A stretch of 64,000 nucleotides of DNA from Paraspadella gotoi (lineage: Eukaryota; Animalia; Chaetognatha). How positions within the stretch are numbered: the first letter of the stretch is position 1; every line of letters starts with the position of its first letter. Below, in pieces: positions 51,897 through 64,000 of the stretch. The notes below the pieces were generated by a model. That model had not been told where the DNA came from. It was given only the letters and a program-made list of their open reading frames with translations, and searched no databases. Location of the stretch: NCBI GenBank assembly GCA_051294375.1, contig CM119264.1, positions 156,594-220,593 on the forward strand, given 5' to 3'. Made by a program: the position numbers and the translations under genes.

Positions 51897-54316
51897 ATCG
51901 AGTCGCTTTTTCAGGCGGCGTCGATTTTCGACGCCGGGATTAAGTCGGCGTCTTTTGTTTGACTCCCTACGGCGTCGTAGGTAAACATCTCCCGCCGTTA
52001 GATGTCGGGGGTTGGAGGCGGCGGCGGCGGAAGCGGCGGTGGCGGCGGCGGCGGCGGAAGCGGCGGTGGCGGCGGCGGCTGCTGTCGTCTCTCTTTCTTT
52101 TAGTCTCGACAAAAAAAGGTTTTTCTCGGTTCCGTTGTTGTTTTTGTTGTTGTTGTTGTTGTCTTTGTTGTCGTCGTAGCATTCCAAGGAGGAGGAGGAA
52201 GATGAGAAGGAGGAAGAGGAGGAGGAGGAGGAAGATGATGAGGAGAAAGAGGAGGAGGAGGAGGGGGCGAAAAATGAATACGACGACAAGTCTGGTTCTG
52301 AAATGAAATTCATTTTCGCTTCAAGAAGAAGAGACGAGAGAAAGTGGCGGAAGGGTTGAAGTGGTCGGTCGGCGGGGCGAAGCGGGCGGGCGGGCGGCGA
52401 TCTTGTTAAGTCGCTCCGTCGTTTCCTCTTGTCTGGCTCGTCGTCGAATTCCATGGATAAAAAAGACGCAGAGAGAATAAAACTGTGGAAAGTATAAGTA
52501 AAAAGAGGAAAAAAACAAAATGATAGACGGCGACTCTCGTCTCTCTCTCGGTCTTTCACTACTCTCTCTCTCTATCTCATCTCTTCTCTATCGTACTTTT
52601 CTCTCTCTCCCCTTCTACCTCACTCTCTCTGCATATCTTTTTTTTGCTAGAGAGAAAAAAACTTAGGACCCAAAATTTTTTGAGTCGTAAAAGTTGACGG
52701 AATGGATAAGAAAAGGTACAACATAAGCATATGATAGTAGAAGAATACGAGAAGAGTAGAGAGAGAGAGAGACGCAGAGAAGAGAGAGGGAGAGAGAGAG
52801 AGAGAGAGAGAGAAAGGTTAGACTGATTTAGAGAAGGGAGAAGGAGCATATGGTTGACTTTCCCTCACTATCTCGACGCTTATGGTCAGCCGCGACTCGG
52901 GCGCGGACTTCCTCGGCGGCGGAGTAAGTTCGCTCCTGATTCGCTCGTCTTGCCGCGAAGGAAGAGGATTTTCTTCCTTCTCTCTCTGTTTTCGCTCCTC
53001 TTTCGATCCTCATTCGCGGGTCTTACTCTCGAATTTCGGGAGAAATTTATGATTTCTCGTGAAGAAAATAACTTTTCTCAATGTCCAATTTCAAAAAGGG
53101 GGAAAACTAACTTGAACGCTTGCAATATTTTTCTTCAATAGCATAGTTGTTTTTGAATAAAAAAAAAGTAAAATAAAAAATTATTTTTTTCATGTCCATA
53201 TTCAAAAAGTTGTAAAAATGTATATTAATGAAGATAAAAATATCAAGTGTATTTTTTCCTATATCATTAAATATTAATTATGCTAGCCTTAATCGTTTAC
53301 TTTCTTCGCCAGTCTACTCTGGTGCAAGTTTCACTTCGTTTTGTCGTGGGATTGCCTGAAAGTGTTTAGAGAGGTCGCATTCGAAAAAGCCCCACGGACT
53401 AAAAGTAAAACAAAAGTTTCTTCAATAATGACCATCCAGACTGCTTTTTATTTCAGTTGGTCCCAATGTACGTCAGTTAAGAAACTTACTGCCTCTATAC
53501 CAGATCGAAAAACTTTAATTCATTAATAATGAATATGCGCATAAGTATGGACCATTTTATAGGATAGCTGAAATTGTTAAAAATTGAATAAAGAAAACTC
53601 CTGTAGTATTACATAAAGCAATTGGTGATAAAAAAATTTTAGCGATTTTTTTTTTAATTTTAATAATATATTTTTTATTATTTATCAAATATTTTTATAA
53701 ATATTGGTTAAATAATGTTTTAAATATTTTCTTTTAGACAGGACAGTAAGAACTACTCATATTTTATCTCCAGAGCTTTTATTAATGCAGTAATCCTTAT
53801 TTTTAAATTATAAACTTACCTTGTTCATATTACTTTTTAATGATATAAATGATAATTTATGTGAATAAATAGCAACCTTTGTTCTGGCTTAATATTCAAT
53901 CGCTCACAAAAAAATATATTACCAACTATAAATAGAAAATTGTGCCCAATATAAAAAATTATCCATTCATTTGATAAATCTTATAATAACTTTGTTATTT
54001 TGACTAAACTAGAAGGAAAATTATGGTAAAAGAGTGAAAAGCAAAAACTAAGAGAAAAAAAACTGAGGAGAGAAGAGAGAAAAAGAGCGAGAGCGGTACT
54101 TTCCGGGGTCTTCGCACCCTCAACCGCAGACGATCGCCGTAGGTAGAGAAATGAAGGGGATCTCGCCATTTTTCGAGAGTCACCGACCGGTGACCTCCGA
54201 CCTCGGACGGCGGTAAGAGAGAGAGGAGCGGAAAGAGTGGGAGCCTTTTGGTCACCCCCGCGGCTCGGTCATTGTCGGACCAACCCATGAGAGAAAAGAG
54301 AGAGGGAGGGGGAGAG

Positions 54317-54356
<40 letters not shown>

Positions 54357-54625
54357 GGAGAGAGAGAGACCGAGAGAGAGAGAGAGGAGAGAGACGAGAA
54401 GGAGAGGGAGAGAGAAGAAAGAGAGAGAGAGAGGAAGAGAGAGAGAGGAGAGGAGAGAGAGAGACAGGAGAGAGAGAGAGAGAAAGAGAAGGAGAGATAG
54501 AGAAACGGAAAAAAACGTTTGGTGAAGAGAGACCATAAACCATTCACATTTAGAATGAAATATGTCGAATGGAAAACTGGGCAGATAAAGAAAGGAGAGA
54601 GGAGAGGAGAGAGAGAGGGGAGAGA

Positions 54626-54667
<42 letters not shown>

Positions 54668-55852
54668 GGAGAAGAGAGAGAGATAGAGAGAGTACGGACA
54701 AGTCTCCACATTTTGCTTTTTCGCTTTCTAAGGAAATTAATCACGCAATAAAATAATTTACCTACTTACTATTGCTAGGAAGCTGGAGAATTTCAAACGT
54801 TTTATCTTCTCCTCCACACAATACTATTATATCTGTTGTATTTTAAAAAATTAATTTTATAACTGTGCTTTAAAAATAAAAAAATAGTCTTTGCAATGCA
54901 ACAATAGCGAGCTCTATAACATTACTCAAGGCGACAAAAACAAATTTATCTAGATTTACATAGATATTGCTTTTAGGTTGTGCACAGGTACTGTATTGTA
55001 ATGTTTCATAAATAAATTCATAGTCATGTAGACTTTGAAATGAAAAAAAAGAAAGGTCACGGTGGCGCAGACACATTGGACGGAGCGATCTCTTTTTCAG
55101 TTAAAAGTTAATTAAATAAACTTTTAATTTTTTATCTTTTTTATCATTTTACCAGATGTTAAGCCTCGCCACTGTCTCTACTTAACGTTTCCGAGGCCAC
55201 TTTTCAAATAGTTCATTTAGCTAAAACCCGTATTCCCGAGATGAGAAATTGTTTTTTACTTTAGTTTCGTTTGAAATCCACTATTTCGATTTCGCCCGGA
55301 GGAACTCGTTTTTACGAGTTTTCCGGTGGAATTTTTTGATATTAAAATAAAGTCTTTGGCCTTGAATAATGAAACAGCTAAATGGTTTGAATGCATGGTC
55401 TAAATAAAATTAGCACTGTTTCCCAAATCGATGTTTTCGTTTTTTTTCATCAAAACAATAAAGTCTAATATTCAATACGACTTTTTCTTCTTAATTCTTC
55501 GGCCACTGATGTTAAACATTTGGACGGGTCTTCCACGGGAGAGAAAATACAAAAACTTTCTCTACAATCTTTTTTCTTCCCTTTGAATTTTCTTCTTTCT
55601 CTTTCTTGGTCGCTTTTCTCGCTATCTCCCGCCTATTCTTCTCTCTCTTGGTTTGCTGGGGGGGGGGCCCGGGGGCCGTAAAATTCCTTTTTTATTCGAT
55701 CGCAACGCGCCAAGAGAGTCGCTCATTCATCTCTGCTCTACACGTCGTCTCTCGCTTTCTCTCCTCCTTTTCTTCTCTCTTCTTTCTCTTCTTTCTTTCT
55801 CTCTTTTTCTTTAAACTCTCAATTCTCTCTTCTTTCTCCTCTCTCCTCTCTC

Positions 55853-55891
<39 letters not shown>

Positions 55892-55967
55892 TTCTTTCTC
55901 TCTTTCTCTCTCTCTCCTCTTTCTCGCGGGGCCGGGGCCTAATTCCTTTTATTCTGCAACCGCCAAA

Positions 55968-56035
<68 letters not shown>

Positions 56036-56121
56036 TTCTTTCTCTCTTTCTCTCTCTCTCTCTCTCTCGTCTCTCTCTCTGGCCCGGGCCTAATTCCTTT
56101 TATTCTGCAACCGCCAAAGAT

Positions 56122-56172
<51 letters not shown>

Positions 56173-56426
56173 TCTCTATCTCTTTTTCCCCCCCTTTTTC
56201 TTTCCTCTCTCTTTCTCTGTCTCCCTTTTATTCTTTTATCGCTTAAAATCGTCTCATTCTGGCTTCGACTCTAAATCAAATGACTTTCTCAGACAAAGCG
56301 AGAGAGAGAGAGAGGAGCGAGAGCGAGAGCGGGAGAGCGAGACAAAAGCTCAAGGCGAAAATGTCTTCAGAATCTTCGAGGAAAAAGATTTAATTCATTC
56401 GAGATTCCGAGTGAACGAATATCTTG

Positions 56427-56506
<80 letters not shown>

Positions 56507-57031
56507 ACGAACGACGTTAAAAGCGAAAGTGAAAAGAGTGGAAATGAGATAAGACGAAAAAAACAGATTAAATGAAAAAAAATTAAAAATTGAAAAATAA
56601 GCATGTTTTTATTTATTTTTTTCCATCGAATTATAATATCAAGTATAACACTTTTTCCCTCGCGTTTCACATATAAACAATATTGCATTAAATTAACTTA
56701 TAATTAATTAATTAAGTAATAATTAATTAATTCGTTCCTTTCATCCTTAGTAAAATTTAGGTTAATTTTTTTAGGTTTAGTTTTTTATAGTTATAATATG
56801 TATTATGGTGGACTAAAATCCACCAACCTGTTCATCAGCGGCCATTGGTCCGGAGGCAGTCATTCGCCTCCCAACCCAAAGTCCGGGGTTTTAGCCCGGT
56901 GGATCGTCTGGCAGTTAAGAGGGACTGGACTTAACCCGCCTGTAACACGGTGTTACAGCCTGATACGAAAGCTCAGGACTGCTTATATTGAACGGTTCTG
57001 TCATTANNNNNNNNNNNNNNNNNNNNNNNNN

Positions 57032-59445
57032 AGAGAGAGAGAGAGAGAGAGAGAGACGGACAAGGCTCCACCATTTTTGCTTTTTCGCTTTCTAAGGAAA
57101 TTAATCACGCAATAAATAACTTTACTACTCTACTATTGCTAAGGAAGCCTGAGAATTTTCAAACGTTTTATCTTCTCCTCCACACAATACTATTTATATT
57201 GTTGTATTTTAAAACTTAATTTTATAACTTGCTTTTAAAAATTAATGTCTTGCAATGCCAACAAAGCGAGCTCTGTAAACATTACTCAAGGCGACAAACC
57301 AAATTTATCTAGATTTACATAGATATTGCTATTAGGTTGTGCTACGAGTACTGTACTGTAATGTCATAAATAAATTTCATAGTCATGTAGACTTTGAAGT
57401 GAAAACAAAAGAAAGTCACGGTGGCGCAACACACTGGACGGAGCTATCTTCTTTTTCAGTTAAAAGTTAATTTAAATTAAACTTTTAATTTTTTTATCTT
57501 TTTTATTATTTTACCAGATGTTACGCCTCGCCACTGTCTCTCTTAACTTTTCCGAGGCCACTTTTCAAATGGTCATTTAGCTAAAACCCGTATTCCGAGA
57601 GAGAAATCGTTTTTTACTTTAGTTTCTTTTGAAATCTCACTCATTTCGTTTCGCCCGGAGGAAACTCAGTTTTTACGAGTTTTCCGGTGGATTTTTTGAT
57701 ATTAAAATAAAGTCTAAATATTCAATACGACTTTTTCTTCTTAATTCTTCGGCACTTCTGATGTTAAAACATTTGGACGGGTCTTCCAACGGGCAGAGAA
57801 AATACAAAAACTTTCTCTACAATCTTTTTCTTCCCTTTGAATTTTCCTCTTTCTCTCTGTCTTTCTCGCTCTCTCGCTCTATCTCTCTCTCTGGCCCGGG
57901 CCTAATTCCTTTTATTCTGCAACCGCCAAAGATTTTCTCTCTCTCTCTCTCTCTCTCTNNNNNNNNNNNNNNNNNNNNNNNNNTCTCGCTCTCGTCTCTC
58001 GTCTCGCGACTCGTCTCTGTTCGTAGCGTCTTCTCTTCTCTCTCGTCTGATTCTCTCGTCTCTTTCTGCTCGCAAGTATATTGCGTTGCACTCGGAATCT
58101 CGAATTGAATTAAATCTTTTTCTGCTCGAGATTCTGAAGACATTTTTGCGGCCTTGAAGCTTTGTCTCGCTCTCCGCGTTCACTCTCGGCTGTCCTCGCT
58201 GCTTCGGAAGCTTTTGTTCGCTCTCCTCTGTCGCTCTCTTGAGCTTTTGTTCGCTTCTCCGCTCACTCGGCTCTCGCTCTCGCTTCTGCCCTGCGACTCA
58301 TGATTGTCTCTGCTCTCGCTCCTCCGGCGCGTCTCATCGGGCTCGTTTTCCTCTCGCTCGTCCCCGTCGCTTCGCCTCGCCCGTCTCGCGCTCCTCTCCG
58401 CTCTTCTCTCTTCTCTCTCTCTCATCCGTCTCTTCTGCTGCTCTCATCTCTCTCTCGTCGTGCTTTTGTCTGAGAAAGTCATTTGATTTTAGAGTCTGAA
58501 GGCAAGATATGAGACGATTTTAAGCGGAATAAAAGAATAAAAGGTAAGACAGAGAAAGAGAGATGTAGAAAAAAAAGTGGGGGGGAAAGAGATTCATGGG
58601 GCTATACTCGAAGTCCTCGTATCAGCGGCAGCGTCGCGGGAGCAGGCCGCGCGGGCGGGCCGATCGCTTCTCCGCGTGACTTCGACTTTAGCTGTCGCGG
58701 TCGGCTATTCTTACTCCGTCTTGCCACTCTTCTTCTTCTTATGGCTCCGCGGAATTCCGCGCGAAGCTGCAGGCCTGCGCCACTTACTCTCTTGCTCTCT
58801 GCGTCTTACGCCTCGTCACGCGGCCGAGGATCTGTTCTCTGCGGCCTCCGAGGCGAATCGATGCATGGTTTCGGGTGCGGTATCCTGAGTCTGCTTTTAA
58901 AGAGAAAATATAAAATTATTGTAGGTGTCATTTCACGATGTTTGAAAAAAGGAAAGAAAAAAGAAGGACAGAAAAAACGAGAAGAAAGTAAAGAAGAAAA
59001 AAAAGGTAAAAAATATTAACAAATTTAGATACAATAATTTTTTTTTTTATATTAAAGATTTTTGAGCTTAAAATATAATATTAATAAAAAAGATATAGCA
59101 TCCTACATAATGATTAAATATTTGCTGAAAACAATTGAAAATATGATAAAAATAAAATGATCGGCAAATAGATACTTGAATAGCTTGCTAATGCCCTAAA
59201 AGTAGAGATGTCGTTATTAAAGTGGTTTTCTTTGATTACCGATGGAAGGAGTGCCAAAAAAATAAATAACTAAAATCTTATCACAAAATTAGTTATTTAA
59301 AAAAAAAATTTTGCAAGTTTAAATTATAATATAAATTTGATTGATAAATTAAAGAGAGAGGGTAATTGTACAAAATAATACATGAAAAAGTAAAAAACAA
59401 AGATAGATAAGAGAGGGGACGACAAGAGCTAAGAGAGAGTTGAGT

Positions 59446-59484
<39 letters not shown>

Positions 59485-59717
59485 GAGCAGAGAGAGAGAA
59501 GTAGAGAAATCGGGCCGATCTTGCTCGGACTTAAGACGCGAAGTAAGGGCCGACTCACCATGTGGAGAGAGAGAAAAATCGTCGCTGGATGCGCGAGGCA
59601 GTAAGAAGCTCCGGAAGGAGAAGTGAGTCGATCGGGATAGCGCGGCGCCGCGCTTCCGGTCTTTAGCGGGCTGGCGTTCGGAGAGGCTGAGTATAGTGAC
59701 GGACCGCCCTCAAAGAG

Positions 59718-59764
<47 letters not shown>

Positions 59765-59985
59765 TTTGTGCGGTTGGCAGAATAAAGGAATTGGCCCGGG
59801 CGCAGAGAGAGAGAGTTGGGGGTAGGAGAGAGAGAGGAGTAGTAGATGAGAGAGAGAGAGAGAGAGAAGAGGAGAGAAAGGAAGAGCCCACAGAGAGAGA
59901 CAGAGGAGAGAGAGAGGAGAAGAGAGTAGAGAATCTTTGGTCGGTTTGGGCAGGCCAAGAAGTAAGGAATAGGGGCCGGGCGGGG

Positions 59986-60023
<38 letters not shown>

Positions 60024-62722
60024 TGAGTGAGTAGAAGAGAAGAGAGGAGTAGAAAGAAATGAGAAGAGAGATGAGAGAGAGAGAGTTAGATAGAGAGAGA
60101 GAGAGAGAGAGGAGAGAGTAGAGAGAGAGAGGAGAAAGTGAGAGAGAGTAAAGAAGAGAGAGAGAGAAAGAAAGGAGGAGAGAGTAAGATAAAAAGAAGA
60201 GAAAGAAAGAGAGAAAGAAAGAAGAGGAAGAGAGAAATGAGAGAGAGAAGAGAGAGAGAGTAGAGAGAAGATGAGAGAGAGTAAAATTCTTTGGGCGGTT
60301 GCAGAATAAAAGGGGAAAATTAGGTTGTTTTGTGGGTGGTTTGTGTTGGTCTGGTTTGTTGTCCGGCCAGGAGAGAGATAGAGCGAGTAGAGGCGAGAAG
60401 GAACATAGAGAGAAAGAAGGGAAATTCAAAGGTGAAGAAAACGATATTGGTAGAGAAAGTTTTTTGTATTTTCCTGCGTGCCGCGGTTGGAAGACCCGCC
60501 AAATGTTTTAACATCAGAAGTGCGAAGAATTCATAGTAAGAAACAAGTTCGTATTTGATATTTAGACTTTATTTTAATATCAAGAAAATCCATTACCCCT
60601 CTCCCAAAATCCATACGCGGATAAGTACTCGTTAAAAGAATAACTGAATCCAATGAGGGTTTCTCCTCTCTCTTCCTCCGTCCTTCCCTCGCCTCCTGCC
60701 GTCGGGGCGAACGAATTAAACGATAATGAGTGAGATTTCAAATAAAAATGGAATACTAATAGTAAAAAAACCGATTTCTACTCTCGGAAATAGGTTTAGC
60801 TAAATGATGATCATTTGAAAAGTGGGCGTAACATCCTGGTAATGAATAAAAAGATAAAAAAGTTAAGAAGTTTAAATTTTAAATTAAATTTTAACCTGAA
60901 AAATGAAGAAGTTCGCTTGCGCTCTTCGCGTCCGTCAGTTGTGTGTGGGTTGTGGTTGCGCTTGCGCCACACCTGTTGAATGACTTTCTTCTTTTGTTTG
61001 TCTAACTTTCAAAGTCTACATGACTGATGAAATTTATTTTAGACATTACAGTAGCAAGTACCCTCGTGGCGAATACCTAATAGGCAATATCCTAATGTCA
61101 AGTCTAAGCTAGAATAAGATTTGGTTTGTCGGCCTTGAGTATATTAATATGTTTACAATGGAAGAGCTGTCGCTTCGGCTTTGTTGGCATTGATTGGGGC
61201 TAAGACATTTATATTTTTATAAGTGAAAAGCAAGTTATAAAATTAAGTTTTAAAAATACAAACAATAGATAATAGGTATGTGTGTGGGAGGATAGAGATA
61301 ATACGTTTGAATAATTCTGCGCAGGCTTCCTTAGGCAATTAGTAGAGTAGTTAAAGTTATTTATTGCGTGATTAATTCCTATAGAAGAGGCGAAAAGGAG
61401 CAAAAATGGGGTTGGGAGAGCCTATGGTTCCGTCTCTCTTTCTCTCTCATCCCCTAGCAGTTCTCGACTCCCTCCCTCCTCGGTCTCGGCTCTCTGTCCC
61501 CGGTCGCCACTCTTCTCTCTCGTCCCGGAGTGCGTCGGTCTCGTCGTCGGTCGTTCAGTGCCATTCTGGTTCCTCGGCTCGTCTTCCATCCTCGTCCGCT
61601 CCTGTCTCGTCTCTGGATCGTCTCTCAGATCTTCCTCGACGGTTCTTGTCTCTTGCTGCAGCGTCGTCTCAGTCTGTCTCCTTGCGTCATAGTTCTCGTG
61701 TCTTTCCGTCCCGTCCTCTCTCCAGTCACCCGAGCCCCGCTCTCTTCGTCTCCATTCCTCACGCTCTGCAGTTCCACTATTCTGTCTTCTCCTCGTCTCG
61801 TTCTCACGTCTCGTCTCGTTCCTCTCTCATTGCTCAAGTGTGTCTCTTGCCCCGTCCTCTGGTACAGCCTCGTGCCTTCCCCGCGTCATCATCTTCTCTC
61901 CCCCCTCGCTCCATGTCCCTCGTTCGATTCGCGCTCGCCTCCGCGTCTCCCGTCCTCTCTGTCGGTTGATCTCTCGTTCGGTCCGATCTCTGTCTGCTTG
62001 TTCTCTCCTCTCCTTCTCCGTCTCCTAGTCTTTCTTGACTCATGTTGTTCCTCCTCTCCGATTCCTCAGCCTTCCATCTCCAGCTCCTCTTCGTGCTCTC
62101 GTTTGTTCGGCTGCTCTCTTCTGTCCTCTCGTTGTGCTCTCTCTCTCCTCTGCGTTCTGTAGGCGTCGCCGTCTCTTGGCTCTTCCTCTCCCTTTTCGCG
62201 TCTGCATGTCGATCTATCCGCGTCCTCCGGTTTCTCTCTCCGTCGCCTCGGCTCTCTCTTGCTGCTTCGTATTCCAGCTGTCCCTTCTTTCGTCGTTTCG
62301 TGTTCCTCTCTCTTCTCTCTCTCTCGTCTCATGCAGTATGTCCTCCGTCTCTTCATCTCTGCTGCCTCTTCTCTCCTCTGAGAGAGAGAGAGAGAGAGAG
62401 AGTGCAACGAACGACGTTAAAAAGCGAAAGTGAAAAGAGTGGAAATGAGATAAGACGAAAAAAAAAACAGATTAAATGAAAAAAAATTTTAAAAATTTGA
62501 AAAAATTAGCATGTTTTTATATATTTTTTTTCCATCGAATTATAAATATCAAGTATAACACTTTTTCCCTCTCGTTCTCACATATATAAACAAATATTTC
62601 ATTAAATTAACTTATTAATTAATTAATTAAGTAATAAATTAATTAATTCGTTTCCTTTCATCCTTAGTAAGAATTTAGGTTAATTTTTTTAGGTTAGTTT
62701 TTTATAGGGTTATATAGTATTA
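57032..62722. other. Noisy direct and inverted re-reads of 49260-51377 (probable raw-read or fold-back artefact)
   Basis: 57032-57958 direct; ~57984-58580 and ~59710-61435 inverted; ~62380-62722 direct; scrambled sequence lies between them. Confidence 0.8.
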
Positions 62723-64000
62723 AAATATTTTTTATCAAAAATGCTATTTTCTTAGGATACTAGCCTAATTAAAATTATTATATTTCTATATAAAGAAAAA
62801 AAATTTAAATGTTCAAATATTTTGATGGATTCTGATTGAGCAAGAAATATTAAACAAGAAATATAATTACATCTTTTAAAAATGATTACGTTTTCTACAT
62901 AAAAAATTTTAAAAAATGTTAAAATCATCGAAGACGATGATGATGATGATTTTTTATGTTTTTTTATTTTTGACCTAACTCAATCATAAAAATAATTTCA
63001 AAAAATAATTATTACATTGCTGTATAAACTTTCTTAGCGAGCTATCTTGAATCTAAGCCGTCTTTAAATTTAAAAATTATCAAAAAAAAAAAATTCGGCC
63101 TTTCCTATCTATAAATAAATATTAAAAAATTAATTACTAGGCGTATTAGAGCCAATATTATAAATTTTTGTCCATTAAAACATATACTTAAAAACTGCTA
63201 TATAAATTTCGTTTCAGAGCATGCTACTCCATTTAAATTTTTACTTCGCCCATCTACTCTCTNNNNNNNNNNNNNNNNNNNNNNNNNCTTAAAAATGTAT
63301 AAATTTTCGTTTGAGCATGTACTCATTTTAAATTTTTGACTCGCCTCATTGAGTGCGGCTACCCCTACTATGAGTCATATTAATTGCTTAATTAATTAGT
63401 TACTATTTCGTTAATCACTACCTTACTATTTCTCTTTTCTCCATCTCTCTCCTTCTTAACTAAACCCTATTTACTCCTCTCTCCCTCTATCTCGCTCTCT
63501 CTCTCTCTCCCTCTCTATCTCTCTCCATCTCTCTCTCTCTCTCTCTCACTCTCTATCTCACTCTCCCATTAAACCCTATAATCCGTCATAATTCCTTTCA
63601 ATTTCTTGAAAAATCCGAGTTTTAGCTCCTTAAGCTTTTTTGTGCTCAAGCACTTCACGCTCAAGCTTTTTTTGCTTTTTGCTTGCTTGCTGCTTGCGCT
63701 AAAAGCAATTGGTGGTCAAGCTTTTTTTATTCTAAGGGGAAAATTGTTTTGTTTTTGCTCGGACACCCCCAATGTTTTCCGAAGCCCTAACCCTAACCCT
63801 AACCCTTATCTTTAATTTTCTTATTCAAACCTCTAATCCTAAACGCTATATTCTAACCCAAACACTTAACTCTAATCAGAAACCAAGTCTCTAACTTTAA
63901 TCCATAATCTAATCCTTAACCTAATCCTTAATCTAATCCTTAATCTAATCCTTAACCTAACCTTAACCTAATCCATAACCTAATCCTTAACCTAATCCTT

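Larger units (their letters stand above)
47413..57006. repeat. Apparently exact 4166-bp duplication (47413-51578 = 52841-57006), preceded by noisy paired copies at ~46340-47410 and ~51604-52840
   Basis: ORF track identical at an offset of 5428; both copies end in ctgtcatta at a 25-N gap. Confidence 0.95.

Noticed and set aside
61406-62479. Ser/Leu/Arg-rich ORFs
   Set aside because: Scrambled (CT)n-derived low-quality read sequence between fold-back copies.
63786-64000. True telomere at the window end
   Set aside because: Degenerate units, and the C-rich strand orientation is wrong for a right-hand end.

Overview
Eukaryotic, AT-rich, microsatellite-dense genomic DNA, probably from an invertebrate animal (taxon not determinable here). 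It comes from a noisy long-read gap-filled scaffold with six gaps of exactly 25 N. Almost every ORF in the track is a translation of (AG)n/(TC)n/(TTTC)n repeats. Reading splice sites by eye gives one multi-exon gene on the minus strand spanning about 0.8-52.5 kb. It encodes a type-I membrane immunoglobulin-superfamily protein: signal-like leader, three Ig domains, Ser/Thr/Asp stalk, TM helix and possibly a long poly-Asp tail. Most intron phases match. The introns contain a Gypsy 3' end with its LTR (filled and empty site both present), a short LTR fused to a 54-nt copy of mature tRNA-Lys(CTT) including CCA, a solo-LTR-like insert, Tc1/mariner-type MITEs, DINE/HINE-like elements, many minisatellites and telomere-like arrays. 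A ~200-nt hairpin-dense insert sits next to a gap. Large duplications (about 10 kb, 1.5 kb and 4.2 kb, plus fold-back copies after 57 kb) are probably mostly assembly or haplotype artefacts. No prokaryotic systems such as CRISPR or operons were seen.
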